In this document: in pieces, positions 54,460-63,923 of the stretch | Layout of the letters: each line of letters begins with the position of its first letter | Numbering within the stretch: the stretch's first letter is position 1 | Source: a virus | Lineage: Duplodnaviria; Caudoviricetes | Direction: 5' to 3' (one strand) | Virus record (IMG/VR): IMGVR_UViG_3300004255_000002 | Location: 1 to 64,000 of that record | DNA: 64,000 bases | Translations under genes and position numbers: made by a program | Notes under the pieces: model-generated | Told to the model about the DNA's origin: nothing | Seen by the model: the letters and a program-made list of their open reading frames with translations, nothing else | Database searches by the model: none

Positions 54460-55454
54460 TAGACCATAGCCCAAAAGACGTGTTGTTTAAGGTCGAGTAC
54501 TTTGACTACTTTAAAGACCACCTAGTGTGCCTGATGCTGTCTCAGTTACATTACTGGTACACACCAGACAGTAAAGGTAATTCTAAACTCAGGGTGCACC
54601 GTAACGGTAAGTGGTGGTTAGCTAAGACCCACGTAGAGTGGTACAAAGAACTCAGACTATCTCGCAGTCAGGTTAATCGTTGCTTAAAAGTGTTAGAGGA
54701 TGCAGGAGTGATTGAAGTTATCACTATGGGTTTTAACGGTAGGCCAACTACTCATATTATGGCTATCGGGGTGAACGGTAACTACCCGTTAAAGGGTAAT
54801 CAATTGCTGATAGACCACCTCCCTAATGCTCATACATGTGCATTACATTGCACGTCATCGAACAATGCATTGCACGTAGGCGAGCAATCTAATACAGAGA
54901 GTACAGCAAAGAGTACTACAGAGACTTTGGCAATCGCTAAAGCTCAGCCCACAGATACATCTTTAAATAAGGATACAGATATGAAAGGTCCATCCACAGC
55001 TAATCAAGCTCTGGCCCACATGAAGCAACTACAAGCCAAACAGTCTGGTGTTGTGGTTCCTGATAAGGTGACCAGTAAAACATTACAGGATGTGTGGAAG
55101 CGCTCATGCACTATCTTTGTTGCCGCGTTTACTGCTAAGCAACGAGGTCAGTTCACGCACATCCTAAAACGCATCCCACAAGAACCAGTACACACGCTCA
55201 ATTACGTGCTGGAAAACTGGGTGGAATTTACCAAGTATGTAGAGGTAAACGCCGCCGCGAAAAATACACCACTAACGCCAAATGTGGATTTTGTATTAAA
55301 GTATTGTTCTGAGGCCTACAATTATTACCTCAGTTCCAAGCCTGTGCAATTAATTGCAAAACCTAAACAGGTGAAAGAAGTGAAGAAGGTAGTGGTCGAA
55401 GAGAACCCAGACGATGCTCCTGCAACACTAGAACAATTGCTGGCAATGGAGTAA
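54447..55454 (+). CDS. replication initiator-like winged-helix protein
   Basis: LSQLHYW...W..EL.LSRSQV.RCL..L...GVI; low-complexity linker; precedes loader and helicase. Confidence 0.65.
   Translation: MLEVIDHSPKDVLFKVEYFDYFKDHLVCLMLSQLHYWYTPDSKGNSKLRVHRNGKWWLAKTHVEWYKELRLSRSQVNRCLKVLEDAGVIEVITMGFNGRPTTHIMAIGVNGNYPLKGNQLLIDHLPNAHTCALHCTSSNNALHVGEQSNTESTAKSTTETLAIAKAQPTDTSLNKDTDMKGPSTANQALAHMKQLQAKQSGVVVPDKVTSKTLQDVWKRSCTIFVAAFTAKQRGQFTHILKRIPQEPVHTLNYVLENWVEFTKYVEVNAAAKNTPLTPNVDFVLKYCSEAYNYYLSSKPVQLIAKPKQVKEVKKVVVEENPDDAPATLEQLLAME
55345..55358. repeat. TGCA-box copy (TGCAATTAATTGCA), inside initiator-like gene
   Basis: read directly. Confidence 0.85.
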
Positions 55455-55457
55455 GTC

Positions 55458-56030
55458 ATGAACAAAGATATAGTGGTACCTGATTGGGTATTCAGTGAGA
55501 ACGTGTTGAACAAGGACTACCACGAGCGACTGCTTGCTAGTCTGTACGAGTTCACCCGCACCGCGAATATCCAGCCTAAGTACGTATGGGCTAAATTAGT
55601 CGATTACTGCGTAGGCGAGGACTTTGATTGGGTGAAGGGGATTAAGCATTCGGATGATTCTGGTATGGCCTATATAGGTAAGTCATCCACCATCCCTATT
55701 GAGGACAAGATGGCGGCTATCGCTGGTTGTTTGCTACGTAACTATATCGACGCTAGGGTGATGACCTTGCAATCGGTTGTAGACCACCTAGCAGACGGCA
55801 CGATGCCACAACCTACTGTCCTGCTCATCCCTAATTTCTACCTGTCAGCCAATAATGGGGGCAAGGTAGCGACGTGGGAGGTATCTAGCTTGCTAGGCCT
55901 ACTTTACGAGCGCATGGCGGCTAACTTAAAGACCGTTGTGTACATAAGCAATCATGATGAGATGACAAAGGATTACGGGTCTTCGTTTAGTGACCACATC
56001 CTCAATCATTACTCAATCGTTAATCTATAA
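55458..56030 (+). CDS. degenerate DnaC/IstB-like helicase loader
   Basis: AAIA..L...V..L..., VLLIP (Walker B-like strand), LY.R....KT...SN; no Walker A; synteny. Confidence 0.5.
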   Translation: MNKDIVVPDWVFSENVLNKDYHERLLASLYEFTRTANIQPKYVWAKLVDYCVGEDFDWVKGIKHSDDSGMAYIGKSSTIPIEDKMAAIAGCLLRNYIDARVMTLQSVVDHLADGTMPQPTVLLIPNFYLSANNGGKVATWEVSSLLGLLYERMAANLKTVVYISNHDEMTKDYGSSFSDHILNHYSIVNL

Positions 56031-56039
56031 GGTAATAAT

Positions 56040-57338
56040 ATGGCTACAGTTGGACGCAGATTGCTTTCCGCCATCGTACAGGCTGGAAGTGTTCAGACCT
56101 ATTTAAAATTATCACTAGACGCCTACCTGTTCAGGGAATCAGAAGTAGAGTTATATGAAGCAATCAATACCCATGTAAGTAAGTTCGGCAAGATACCAAG
56201 TGAAGCAACCCTCAAGGATAAAGACTTCGGGGACGTGCTCGTGGATGCACCAGAGCCACCAGAGTACTACATGGAAGAGGTAGAGAAACGCTACCTACGC
56301 TCAAGCCTTAAAACCATTGTGGTTGAGGCCAATCAGATGCTAGTGGACGAGGAAGAAACCGAAGCCTACGACCACATCATGACTACGCTTGCCAATGTGC
56401 ATAAGAAGCGTAACCGTAAGAACCTGTTCGACTTCCGCGAATCGCATAACCTAGTCTGGGGCGAGTACATCAAACAGAAAACCATGGGCGATGATTATGC
56501 CTTGAAGTTCGGCTGGCCTAAGGTAGATGAAATGACAGGCGGGATGAAGGGTGGCGACTTTGTAACTTTCGTGGGTAGACCTGCATCAGGTAAGACATTC
56601 AAACTCCTGTACATTGCCTACAACTCATGGCGTCAAGGTCGGGTACCGTTGTTCGTATCCATGGAGATGAATACCACCATCATCGCTCAGCGTTTGGCGA
56701 CCATGCACACGCAACAGAACCTAACCAACCTGCTCAAAGCCCAAATGTCTACCGCGGCCTCCAAGCAGTTAAAAGCAGGGCTTACCCAAGCAGGTACGGC
56801 AGAGAATCCATTGTGGGTGGTGGACGGTAATTTAACCTCTACCGTGGAGGATGTGATTATGCTGTGTCGTCAGTTAGGTGTCACGGATGTATATGTGGAT
56901 GGGGCATACTTGCTACGCCACCCAAATGCCAAGATAGGCAAGTGGGATAAGATGTCTGAGAATGCTGAGTGGTTGAAGCAGAAGGTGGCTCAAGACCTAA
57001 ATTTACCTGTGGTAGCTTCTTATCAGTTCAGTAAAGACAGCAAGAAGAAAAAGCACGGCAACAAGGATGAAGAGGCAGGTCTTGAGGATATTTACGGCTC
57101 AGATGCAATTGCGCAGTTGTCCACCATCGTCATGGGCTTATTCCAGCCTGAGGGGATTGAGACACAACACCAGCGTGATGTTAATATCATGAAAGGTCGT
57201 AATGGTGAGAAGGGGCGATTCAGCATTCACTGGGACTTCAATAAGATGGACTTTAGCCAAGTGCTAGAGAAGTCAGACAAGCAAGCGGCGTCACCAGACC
57301 TTCCACAAGAAGGCTCAGACGACCTTATCTATTTATAA
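56040..57338 (+). CDS. dnaB: replicative DnaB-like helicase
   Basis: GRPASGKT, SMEM, VDGAYL, SYQ, KGRNGE. Confidence 0.9.
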   Translation: MATVGRRLLSAIVQAGSVQTYLKLSLDAYLFRESEVELYEAINTHVSKFGKIPSEATLKDKDFGDVLVDAPEPPEYYMEEVEKRYLRSSLKTIVVEANQMLVDEEETEAYDHIMTTLANVHKKRNRKNLFDFRESHNLVWGEYIKQKTMGDDYALKFGWPKVDEMTGGMKGGDFVTFVGRPASGKTFKLLYIAYNSWRQGRVPLFVSMEMNTTIIAQRLATMHTQQNLTNLLKAQMSTAASKQLKAGLTQAGTAENPLWVVDGNLTSTVEDVIMLCRQLGVTDVYVDGAYLLRHPNAKIGKWDKMSENAEWLKQKVAQDLNLPVVASYQFSKDSKKKKHGNKDEEAGLEDIYGSDAIAQLSTIVMGLFQPEGIETQHQRDVNIMKGRNGEKGRFSIHWDFNKMDFSQVLEKSDKQAASPDLPQEGSDDLIYL

Positions 57339-57352
57339 CGGATTGGAGTAAT

Positions 57353-57547
57353 ATGGTTATTATCGTAGTTGACAAATCGGATGAAGACGAGGTAATGGAC
57401 AAAGCCACGAACCTTGACTTTATCAACCGTGAGTACCGCGGCGCTAAGGTGCTGATACGATTCCATGATACCGATATCGACGACTTAGAGCGACTAGGCG
57501 CAAACCTAGATAATAGCAATATTGACCACCAAATCATTGAGGAGTAG
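57353..57547 (+). CDS. small acidic protein
   Basis: 64 aa; GGAG RBS. Confidence 0.65.
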   Translation: MVIIVVDKSDEDEVMDKATNLDFINREYRGAKVLIRFHDTDIDDLERLGANLDNSNIDHQIIEE

Positions 57548-57549
57548 TA

Positions 57550-57741
57550 ATGAGTACCAAAAACTATATTGCCATTGGATTTAATGCCGACGGCGTAGTC
57601 TTACCTGATAACTTTAACGGCGGCGAGAAGCTATCCAAAAAGGATGCCCACCGTATCGCCACCAACCTAAGCAAACAGCAGGGCGTTATTCAGGCAGAGG
57701 TACTAGAATCAGTGCTGGTGGTCAGACCAGAAAGCTCTTGA
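57550..57741 (+). CDS. hypothetical protein
   Basis: 63 aa; GAGGAG RBS. Confidence 0.65.
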   Translation: MSTKNYIAIGFNADGVVLPDNFNGGEKLSKKDAHRIATNLSKQQGVIQAEVLESVLVVRPESS

Positions 57742-57765
57742 TTAATTAAGCCAAAGTGGTATAAT
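57738..57765 (+). promoter_or_regulatory. early-class promoter (variant)
   Basis: TTGATT-16bp-TATAAT with TG. Confidence 0.75.
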
Positions 57766-57811
57766 AAACAGGTAGTAAATAATTAACTAATTCCTATAGA
57801 GGAGAAATAAG

Positions 57812-58294
57812 ATGACGATTACCGTAACCAAACCAAAGCAGGTGGAGAAGGCAAAAGAGCAAGCCCTCTTAGTCGATGCCACAGGCGCAACGCTTAGCCC
57901 AGAAGAGATGGACTACGAGCAACTAGCCGACCTGTACGGTAGCCTAGAAGACCAAATCGAAGCACTCAAAACCAACCCAATCTACACACAGTTCGACCTT
58001 GTTAAAAAGGCGCTAGTCACTAAGATTAATGCCGAAGTTGAAGCGGCAGACATTGCTGAAATCAAAGGCGAGCACTGGTTGCTAGAGATTGGCGCATGCG
58101 GTAAGAACCCACGTAAAGTGAAAGACGTAGGCCTGATTCAAACCTTTGTAGGTCAAGAAGTGTTCGCTCAGATTGCCAAGGTGAATATCACGGATGTAGA
58201 AAAGTACCTAACCCCAGACCAAGTAGCTAAAGTACTTGATTCGGATACAGGCTACTCGGCTAACCGTAAAATCACTGCTAAGTTCTTAGGCTAA
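57812..58294 (+). CDS. hypothetical protein
   Basis: 160 aa; GAGGAG RBS. Confidence 0.75.
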   Translation: MTITVTKPKQVEKAKEQALLVDATGATLSPEEMDYEQLADLYGSLEDQIEALKTNPIYTQFDLVKKALVTKINAEVEAADIAEIKGEHWLLEIGACGKNPRKVKDVGLIQTFVGQEVFAQIAKVNITDVEKYLTPDQVAKVLDSDTGYSANRKITAKFLG

Positions 58295-58296
58295 TC

Positions 58297-58770
58297 ATGG
58301 CTATAGACGAGAAACGACTCAAAATCAAAGAGCGTTCTCATATCTGGGCAGAGGAGTTTATTAAGGCTCCTCGCCAGACGATGAACGACGAGCAGGTTAG
58401 TATCTTCATGCGGTGCTGTCTCAGTGAAAAAGACCCAGACTTCCCACCAGAAGAAGTACGCAAGAGCTTCCAGTGGCGTATGTTGGAGTCACGACTACAG
58501 CACTACAACGTGAATGCTACCAATGCATTAAAGACCTTCATTACCTGCATCGCAGACCGTCCAGCGATTGTGACGATGTGGAGCGTGGCACTGGTATACA
58601 TGAGTATCTTTAAGACCCATGAAGATGCACAGATGGATATTGACGTGCTAGCCAGAACATTCCCTAACGGCTTCCCTACAGCCAAGGCACTGCAAGAGTT
58701 GTGGGATGCACAGAAGGGCTTTAATATTGACCTAGATGTAGACAATCTATTAGACGTAGCGGAGTTCTAA
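58297..58770 (+). CDS. hypothetical protein
   Basis: 157 aa. Confidence 0.75.
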   Translation: MAIDEKRLKIKERSHIWAEEFIKAPRQTMNDEQVSIFMRCCLSEKDPDFPPEEVRKSFQWRMLESRLQHYNVNATNALKTFITCIADRPAIVTMWSVALVYMSIFKTHEDAQMDIDVLARTFPNGFPTAKALQELWDAQKGFNIDLDVDNLLDVAEF

Positions 58771-59747
58771 TGCGCAAGGATAAGGTACTGGCATTATTGG
58801 TGGCCTTAAAAACCAAGAAGACAGGTGAACGCGCTGGCACATGGATGGAGGCTAAATGCCCATTTGTGTGGAAGCACGGCGGTGTAGACCAACACCCGTC
58901 ATTCGGTATCAAGGTATCTGACAAGAAGAAGTCCATTTGTAAGTGCTGGTCATGTGGGTATGGCGGGGACTTGCAGGACTTAGTATTAGACATCGCTCAG
59001 CATGTTCGTAAGCATAAGTTGACGGGCTACAATCTCAAGTTGGCAATGCAATTAACTGCAAATGAGGCAGAGGATATGGATATCAACCCAGAAGATATCC
59101 CTGACTATGACGCGGCAATTGCGGAGGCAACCGAGGTAGTGTTTCCGTCTTACTGGCTAGAAAGCTTCCCAAAGGTTCAGAAGTACAAAGAGCCAATGGC
59201 ATACCTACTAGGCAGAAACATGACCCACAGTATGATAGAGATGCTGGATGTGCGCTACGACCCGCTACAGAAGCGAGTGTGCTTTCCGTTCTACAACTTT
59301 AAAGGCGAGTTGATGGGTGTGCAGGGCAGGGACTTAAATAAAGAGTCTAACCTGCGCTACTATCAATATGGCTATAATGGTCAAAGAAACGGTATGTGCT
59401 GGTACGGTGAAAACCGCGTAACATTGGACAAACCAGTCGTATTAGTTGAGGGTGTGTTCGACTATGTGAGCATACTGCGGGTGTATCCAAATGTACTCGC
59501 CAGCTTTACCTCTGGGCTGTCAACAGAGAAGGTCAAGCGGGTAGCTGATGCTGATTCAATTATCAGCTTGTATGACTACGGCAACGGTGGTAATGCGGCT
59601 CGTGAAGCACTACCTAAGAAGCTTAAGAAAGTTCCGATGAGGCACCTTATACCCACGGAACTGGAGGATGATGCAGGTAACATGACATTAGAGCAAGTTA
59701 CCGCGCATTTGCAAGGCCACGTTAAGCTATCTAGCTACGTGTATTAA
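58770..59747 (+). CDS. DNA primase
   Basis: Zn finger CPF..H...C.CWSC; TOPRIM LVEGVFD, YD...GG. Confidence 0.88.
   Translation: MRKDKVLALLVALKTKKTGERAGTWMEAKCPFVWKHGGVDQHPSFGIKVSDKKKSICKCWSCGYGGDLQDLVLDIAQHVRKHKLTGYNLKLAMQLTANEAEDMDINPEDIPDYDAAIAEATEVVFPSYWLESFPKVQKYKEPMAYLLGRNMTHSMIEMLDVRYDPLQKRVCFPFYNFKGELMGVQGRDLNKESNLRYYQYGYNGQRNGMCWYGENRVTLDKPVVLVEGVFDYVSILRVYPNVLASFTSGLSTEKVKRVADADSIISLYDYGNGGNAAREALPKKLKKVPMRHLIPTELEDDAGNMTLEQVTAHLQGHVKLSSYVY
59047..59060. repeat. TGCA-box copy (TGCAATTAACTGCA), inside primase
   Basis: read directly. Confidence 0.85.
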
Positions 59748-59781
59748 CGTCCATACGGACAAACTATAAGGAGAGGTTGTA

Positions 59782-60621
59782 ATGGCAATATCGTTAGGCA
59801 AGAAAAAAACACCAGCACCAGAGGCTGACCAAGAAACCAAAGCGGAAGCACCTACAAAACAGGCTGAACCCACTTCAAAGAAAGATGCACCAGCAAAGGG
59901 TGAGGACAAACCGAAAGGCTTTGTTAGCGCCCTTAAACGTGGTAAAGCCGCCGCCGAAGCACTAGCGGCAGAAGACCACCGTGCTGAGCAGAACAGCAAG
60001 AATCAAAACCTCAGATTCTTTATGAAGGATGGAGACGAAGCCTCTATCACATTCTTAGACGGTGACTTAGACGCGGACGGTATGCTGGATATCCCGTTCT
60101 ATTTTGAGCATAACGTCACAATCGGCGGCAAGTACGGTAACTTCTTTGTATGCACCTCAGAGACAGAGCCATGCCCTATTTGTGAAGGCGGTATTCAAGC
60201 GTCCTACGTTGGCTTGTTGACAATCATCGACCATCGTTCTTACGAGTCGAAGAAAGACAGCAAAACCTACAAAGACCAAGTACGCTTGTTTGCGGCAAAA
60301 CGCGGTACCATCAAAATGCTACAGAAAATCGCAGAGAAGCGCGGTGGCCTAGCAGGTGCACGATTTGATGTGTCTCGTACTGGTGCCCAGTCAGCGGCTG
60401 TGGGTAGTATGTTCGACTACACAGACAAGATGACTAAAGCACAAATCTTAGCTAAGTACGGTGAGAAAGCAGTGCCGTTGGATTACGATACTATCGTGGG
60501 TGAGATTTCATTACCTGCTAGCGAGTTACGTAAACTAGGTTTCGGCTCACTCAAGGGCCCTATGGGCTCTGAATCAGGTGCAGATGGTGGCACTGGCGAC
60601 GACTACGCGGACAAGATGTAA
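59782..60621 (+). CDS. single-stranded DNA-binding protein (gp32-like)
   Basis: RFF.K.G....FL, EH...C....CPIC, acidic C-terminus. Confidence 0.75.
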   Translation: MAISLGKKKTPAPEADQETKAEAPTKQAEPTSKKDAPAKGEDKPKGFVSALKRGKAAAEALAAEDHRAEQNSKNQNLRFFMKDGDEASITFLDGDLDADGMLDIPFYFEHNVTIGGKYGNFFVCTSETEPCPICEGGIQASYVGLLTIIDHRSYESKKDSKTYKDQVRLFAAKRGTIKMLQKIAEKRGGLAGARFDVSRTGAQSAAVGSMFDYTDKMTKAQILAKYGEKAVPLDYDTIVGEISLPASELRKLGFGSLKGPMGSESGADGGTGDDYADKM

Positions 60622-60626
60622 CAATC

Positions 60627-61979
60627 ATGGATAAGATAAATCAACCCCCTATTTATGTTGGCTCAGCGGCAGTGTATCCATACTCTGATGCGTTAATGGA
60701 GCAGTGTGCGAAGGTTACTAACTACGGGGATGATTTCTCGTTAGCCAGAGTCATTGGGGCGGGGGAGAACAAGCGTATCTGGCTCCCTCGTAACATGGCT
60801 AATAGTATTCCAAAAGATATGCGGGTGAGAGGCGAGTACTTTGACTTTAACTCAAACTTTGCACCACGGAATACAGAGCAATCAAGGGTCATTAAAGAGA
60901 CCACAGAATTACTAAAACTAGGTGAAAGCTTTGTAGCCCAAGCACCTACAGGATTTGGCAAGACCTACTGCGCTATGGATGTGGTGGCGAGGGTAGGTAA
61001 GAAGACCATCGTAACGGTCACCAAGGAAGACATTCGTGACCAGTGGATTGCGGCGGCAGAAGATGTACTAGGCCTCAAGGTAGGTAAAGGTATTGGCCTC
61101 ATCCAAGGCAATAACTGCGTAACGGTTGGTCAAGGTATCGTCATCGCAATGATTCAATCCCTAGCGAAAGAATCACGCTACCCAGAGCATGCGTTCCGTG
61201 ACTTCGGTCTGGCTATCTGGGACGAAACCCACCGCGTTGGTGCTGACTACTTTAGCCAGTCATGCTACAGAATACCAGCTAAGCTACGCCTAGGTATCTC
61301 AGCAACCCCGAAACGCAAGGACGGTAAAGGTGTTGTGATTGAAGGCCATATCGGTAAGACAAGGGTAGTGACTACCCAAGCACCAATGACCCCTAAAATC
61401 ATTACCAGAAAATCCCCATGGGAGATACCACTTAAGCGTGAGAGAACAGAAGACGGTCTCTGGGTGATGAAGCAAATACCACACAGCCCAGCACGATGTG
61501 GGCATGTGATTAACCTACTGTCCCGCCACCATGGGCGTAACCAGATACTCGTTGACTTCATCTTCGCGGCGTACAAAAAGGGACGTAAGATTCTCATACA
61601 GTCAGACCGTGTAGAGCACTTAGAGCAGTTAGAGGCCATGATTGCCAACCGCGGGGTACCAAGCACCTCTATCGCCTATTACGTCGGCGGTATGACCCAA
61701 GGCACACGCGAGCAGGCTAAAGAAAAGCAACTCATCATGGCAACGTATCAAATGACAGCAGAGGCCACAGATATTCCAGCATTAGACACGCTGGTGATGT
61801 GCACCCCTAAGTCAGATGTAGTACAAATCGTGGGGCGTATTTTACGTACCTGTGATGGTAAACAAGAGCCTGTAGTATTTGATATACGGGACGACACAAG
61901 CAGTGTATTTGCAGGGTACTCAAAGGCGCGGATGAAGTGGTATGCGTCTATCGGGGCTAAAGTGGACACGATATCATAG
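60627..61979 (+). CDS. SF2 DNA helicase (UvsW-like)
   Basis: APTGFGKT, DETH, SATP, QIVGRILR. Confidence 0.9.
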   Translation: MDKINQPPIYVGSAAVYPYSDALMEQCAKVTNYGDDFSLARVIGAGENKRIWLPRNMANSIPKDMRVRGEYFDFNSNFAPRNTEQSRVIKETTELLKLGESFVAQAPTGFGKTYCAMDVVARVGKKTIVTVTKEDIRDQWIAAAEDVLGLKVGKGIGLIQGNNCVTVGQGIVIAMIQSLAKESRYPEHAFRDFGLAIWDETHRVGADYFSQSCYRIPAKLRLGISATPKRKDGKGVVIEGHIGKTRVVTTQAPMTPKIITRKSPWEIPLKRERTEDGLWVMKQIPHSPARCGHVINLLSRHHGRNQILVDFIFAAYKKGRKILIQSDRVEHLEQLEAMIANRGVPSTSIAYYVGGMTQGTREQAKEKQLIMATYQMTAEATDIPALDTLVMCTPKSDVVQIVGRILRTCDGKQEPVVFDIRDDTSSVFAGYSKARMKWYASIGAKVDTIS

Positions 61980-62030
61980 ATTGATTAAGTGTGTTAAACT
62001 TGCTTATATGAAAGCTTAAGGAGAATCATC

Positions 62031-62528
62031 ATGGCAACAGAAGAGAAACAATCAGAAGAGGTAAAGCAGTCAGCTACCTTTAAAGACTGGTACAAAAAGA
62101 ACAAAGAAAAACTACTAGAGAAGCGTCGCGCTCAGTACGCCAATGACCCAGACAAGCGGGAGAAGGCAAGAGCCGCGGCACTAGCCCAGCGCTCCTCTAA
62201 TCCTCGCGCATCGACAGCAGGGCAACCTCTGTACAAAATGGTTGGGGATGTCAGAACCCGTGTGTATCGCATAGGGGATGCGGCGAAGAAAGTAGGCCGT
62301 AAAGAACAAGTACTACGCTTGTGGGAGAACAAGGGCTGGGTACCGCCTCCACAAGTAGATTCAAGCCACCGCTACTACACAACAAAGCAGATAGAACTAC
62401 TGCGTGAGTTTGCTTTGTTGATAGACCAAGTGCGTTATAAACCTGCGAGCCGCACTATCGCAATCAATACCAAGTCTGTGGAGATTTGGGCTAAATGGGG
62501 AGAAACAAATGGGAATCAAAGTAACTAA
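62031..62528 (+). CDS. MerR-like HTH protein
   Basis: YRIGDAAKKVGR....LRLWENKG..P...HRYYT. Confidence 0.75.
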   Translation: MATEEKQSEEVKQSATFKDWYKKNKEKLLEKRRAQYANDPDKREKARAAALAQRSSNPRASTAGQPLYKMVGDVRTRVYRIGDAAKKVGRKEQVLRLWENKGWVPPPQVDSSHRYYTTKQIELLREFALLIDQVRYKPASRTIAINTKSVEIWAKWGETNGNQSN

Positions 62529-62829
62529 GGCAATAACCAAGCAACAAGGCGTCGGTACTGTGGAAAAACAGCACAAAGACGGTTCAATCGAATCACAGGA
62601 GGAAGTCGTGTCAGAAACTACAAGCGAAAAAGCAACAGCCAGTATCAATGTCTCTATTGGCCTAACTAAAAACCTAGGCAACTATGAGTCAGTGAAAATC
62701 ACTGTAGGTATCACTCTGCCATGCGAGCCAACAGAAGAGGATATCGAAGCAACCTATGCCAGCGGTAAGGCGTGGGTGGACGATAAAGTCAACGAAATCA
62801 ATGCGGAGATTGAAGAAGGTCTAGCGTAA
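62509..62829 (+). CDS. hypothetical phage protein
   Basis: T.NLGNYESVKI.V pattern; acidic. Confidence 0.75.
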   Translation: MGIKVTKAITKQQGVGTVEKQHKDGSIESQEEVVSETTSEKATASINVSIGLTKNLGNYESVKITVGITLPCEPTEEDIEATYASGKAWVDDKVNEINAEIEEGLA

Positions 62830-62858
62830 GCACACTACTGATTAATAGGGAGAAGTAA

Positions 62859-63923
62859 ATGAGTAGTGCTAACGACGTATTAAAAGCCATGAAGAAGGAA
62901 CATGGCGACCTAGTAGCGAAGAAGGGGAGTGAGGGGTACACCAAGGTAACGCGATTACCTACAGGTATATTCCCACTTGACCTCGCTATTGGGGGTGGGT
63001 TTCCTATGGGTCGGGTATCAATTGTATTCGGCCCTGAATCAAGCAATAAGACCAACATCTGCCTCAAAGCAATTGGTGTGGCTCAGAAGCTTATGCCCCA
63101 TAAAAAGGCAGTGTTCGTGGATGCAGAGGGCGGCTATGACCCGAACTGGGCACGTAAGATGGGCGTCAATACCGACGAGCTCATCCTAATCACCCCAGAG
63201 TTCGCAGAGCAAGCCGTGGACTTGATTGAGGCATTCTTATACGCTGATGACGTGTCTGTGGTGGTGTTGGATTCTATCGCGGCATTATCTACCCAGAACG
63301 AGATTGAGTCATCTGCTGAGAAAATGTCAGTAGGCGGAGCGTCCTTGGTACTGGGTAAGATGTTCAAGAAAGCCACAGTATCATTCAACCGCATGCGCAA
63401 CCAAGGCTTAGAACCACCTGCATTTATCGGTATCAATCAGACCCGCTTCAAAATCGGTGTTATGTTTGGCGACCCAGAGACTATGCCCGGTGGTCAGGCC
63501 TTAAAATTCGCAAGCTCAATGACCCTGAGATGCTACGGTAAGAATGAGCTAGACAAGAAAATCCACCCAGTCCTACCAGCATACAAGGTGACTAGTATTG
63601 TGGTGCGTAAGTGGAAGGTGGGCGTATTAGCAATTAACTGCGAGTTCAAGATGCAGATGATTGATACCGCAGAAAACGAGGCTGGATACGTCAATGACTG
63701 GAATACGGTAAGCACTTACTTGAAAGAGCTAGGCTACCTAGAGAAGTCTAAGGTGGGTTGGGTCTTCAATGGTACGCCTTACAAGTTGTTGGACGACATC
63801 AAGGCTGTGTTGTACTCAGACCCGATACTCCTCAACGACGCCAAGCAAAGCGTGATTGATGAGATGATGGCTAAAGGTACTATCGGTGAAAGCAAGGATG
63901 AAGATGTAGGGGCAAGTCTATGA
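62859..63923 (+). CDS. recA: RecA/UvsX-like recombinase
   Basis: D.AIG.GFP.GR...FGPESSNKT, FVDAEG, VVLDSIAAL, INQ.R..IG.MFG.PET.PGG.ALKF. Confidence 0.92.
   Translation: MSSANDVLKAMKKEHGDLVAKKGSEGYTKVTRLPTGIFPLDLAIGGGFPMGRVSIVFGPESSNKTNICLKAIGVAQKLMPHKKAVFVDAEGGYDPNWARKMGVNTDELILITPEFAEQAVDLIEAFLYADDVSVVVLDSIAALSTQNEIESSAEKMSVGGASLVLGKMFKKATVSFNRMRNQGLEPPAFIGINQTRFKIGVMFGDPETMPGGQALKFASSMTLRCYGKNELDKKIHPVLPAYKVTSIVVRKWKVGVLAINCEFKMQMIDTAENEAGYVNDWNTVSTYLKELGYLEKSKVGWVFNGTPYKLLDDIKAVLYSDPILLNDAKQSVIDEMMAKGTIGESKDEDVGASL

Noticed and set aside
1159-59060. TGCA-boxes as CRISPR repeats, sigma54 promoters or restriction sites
   Set aside because: Spacing is kilobases and irregular; there is no GG at -24 and the spacing is wrong for sigma54; restriction sites would be depleted, not enriched.
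61981-62010. Twelfth early-class promoter (TTGATT...TGCTTATAT)
   Set aside because: The -10 and spacer do not fit the family; possible but unsupported.
395-63715. Minus-strand and nested ORFs in the track (e.g. 5616-6158, 27553-28194, 35049-35849)
   Set aside because: They are antisense shadows of well-supported + strand genes, with no RBS or motifs.
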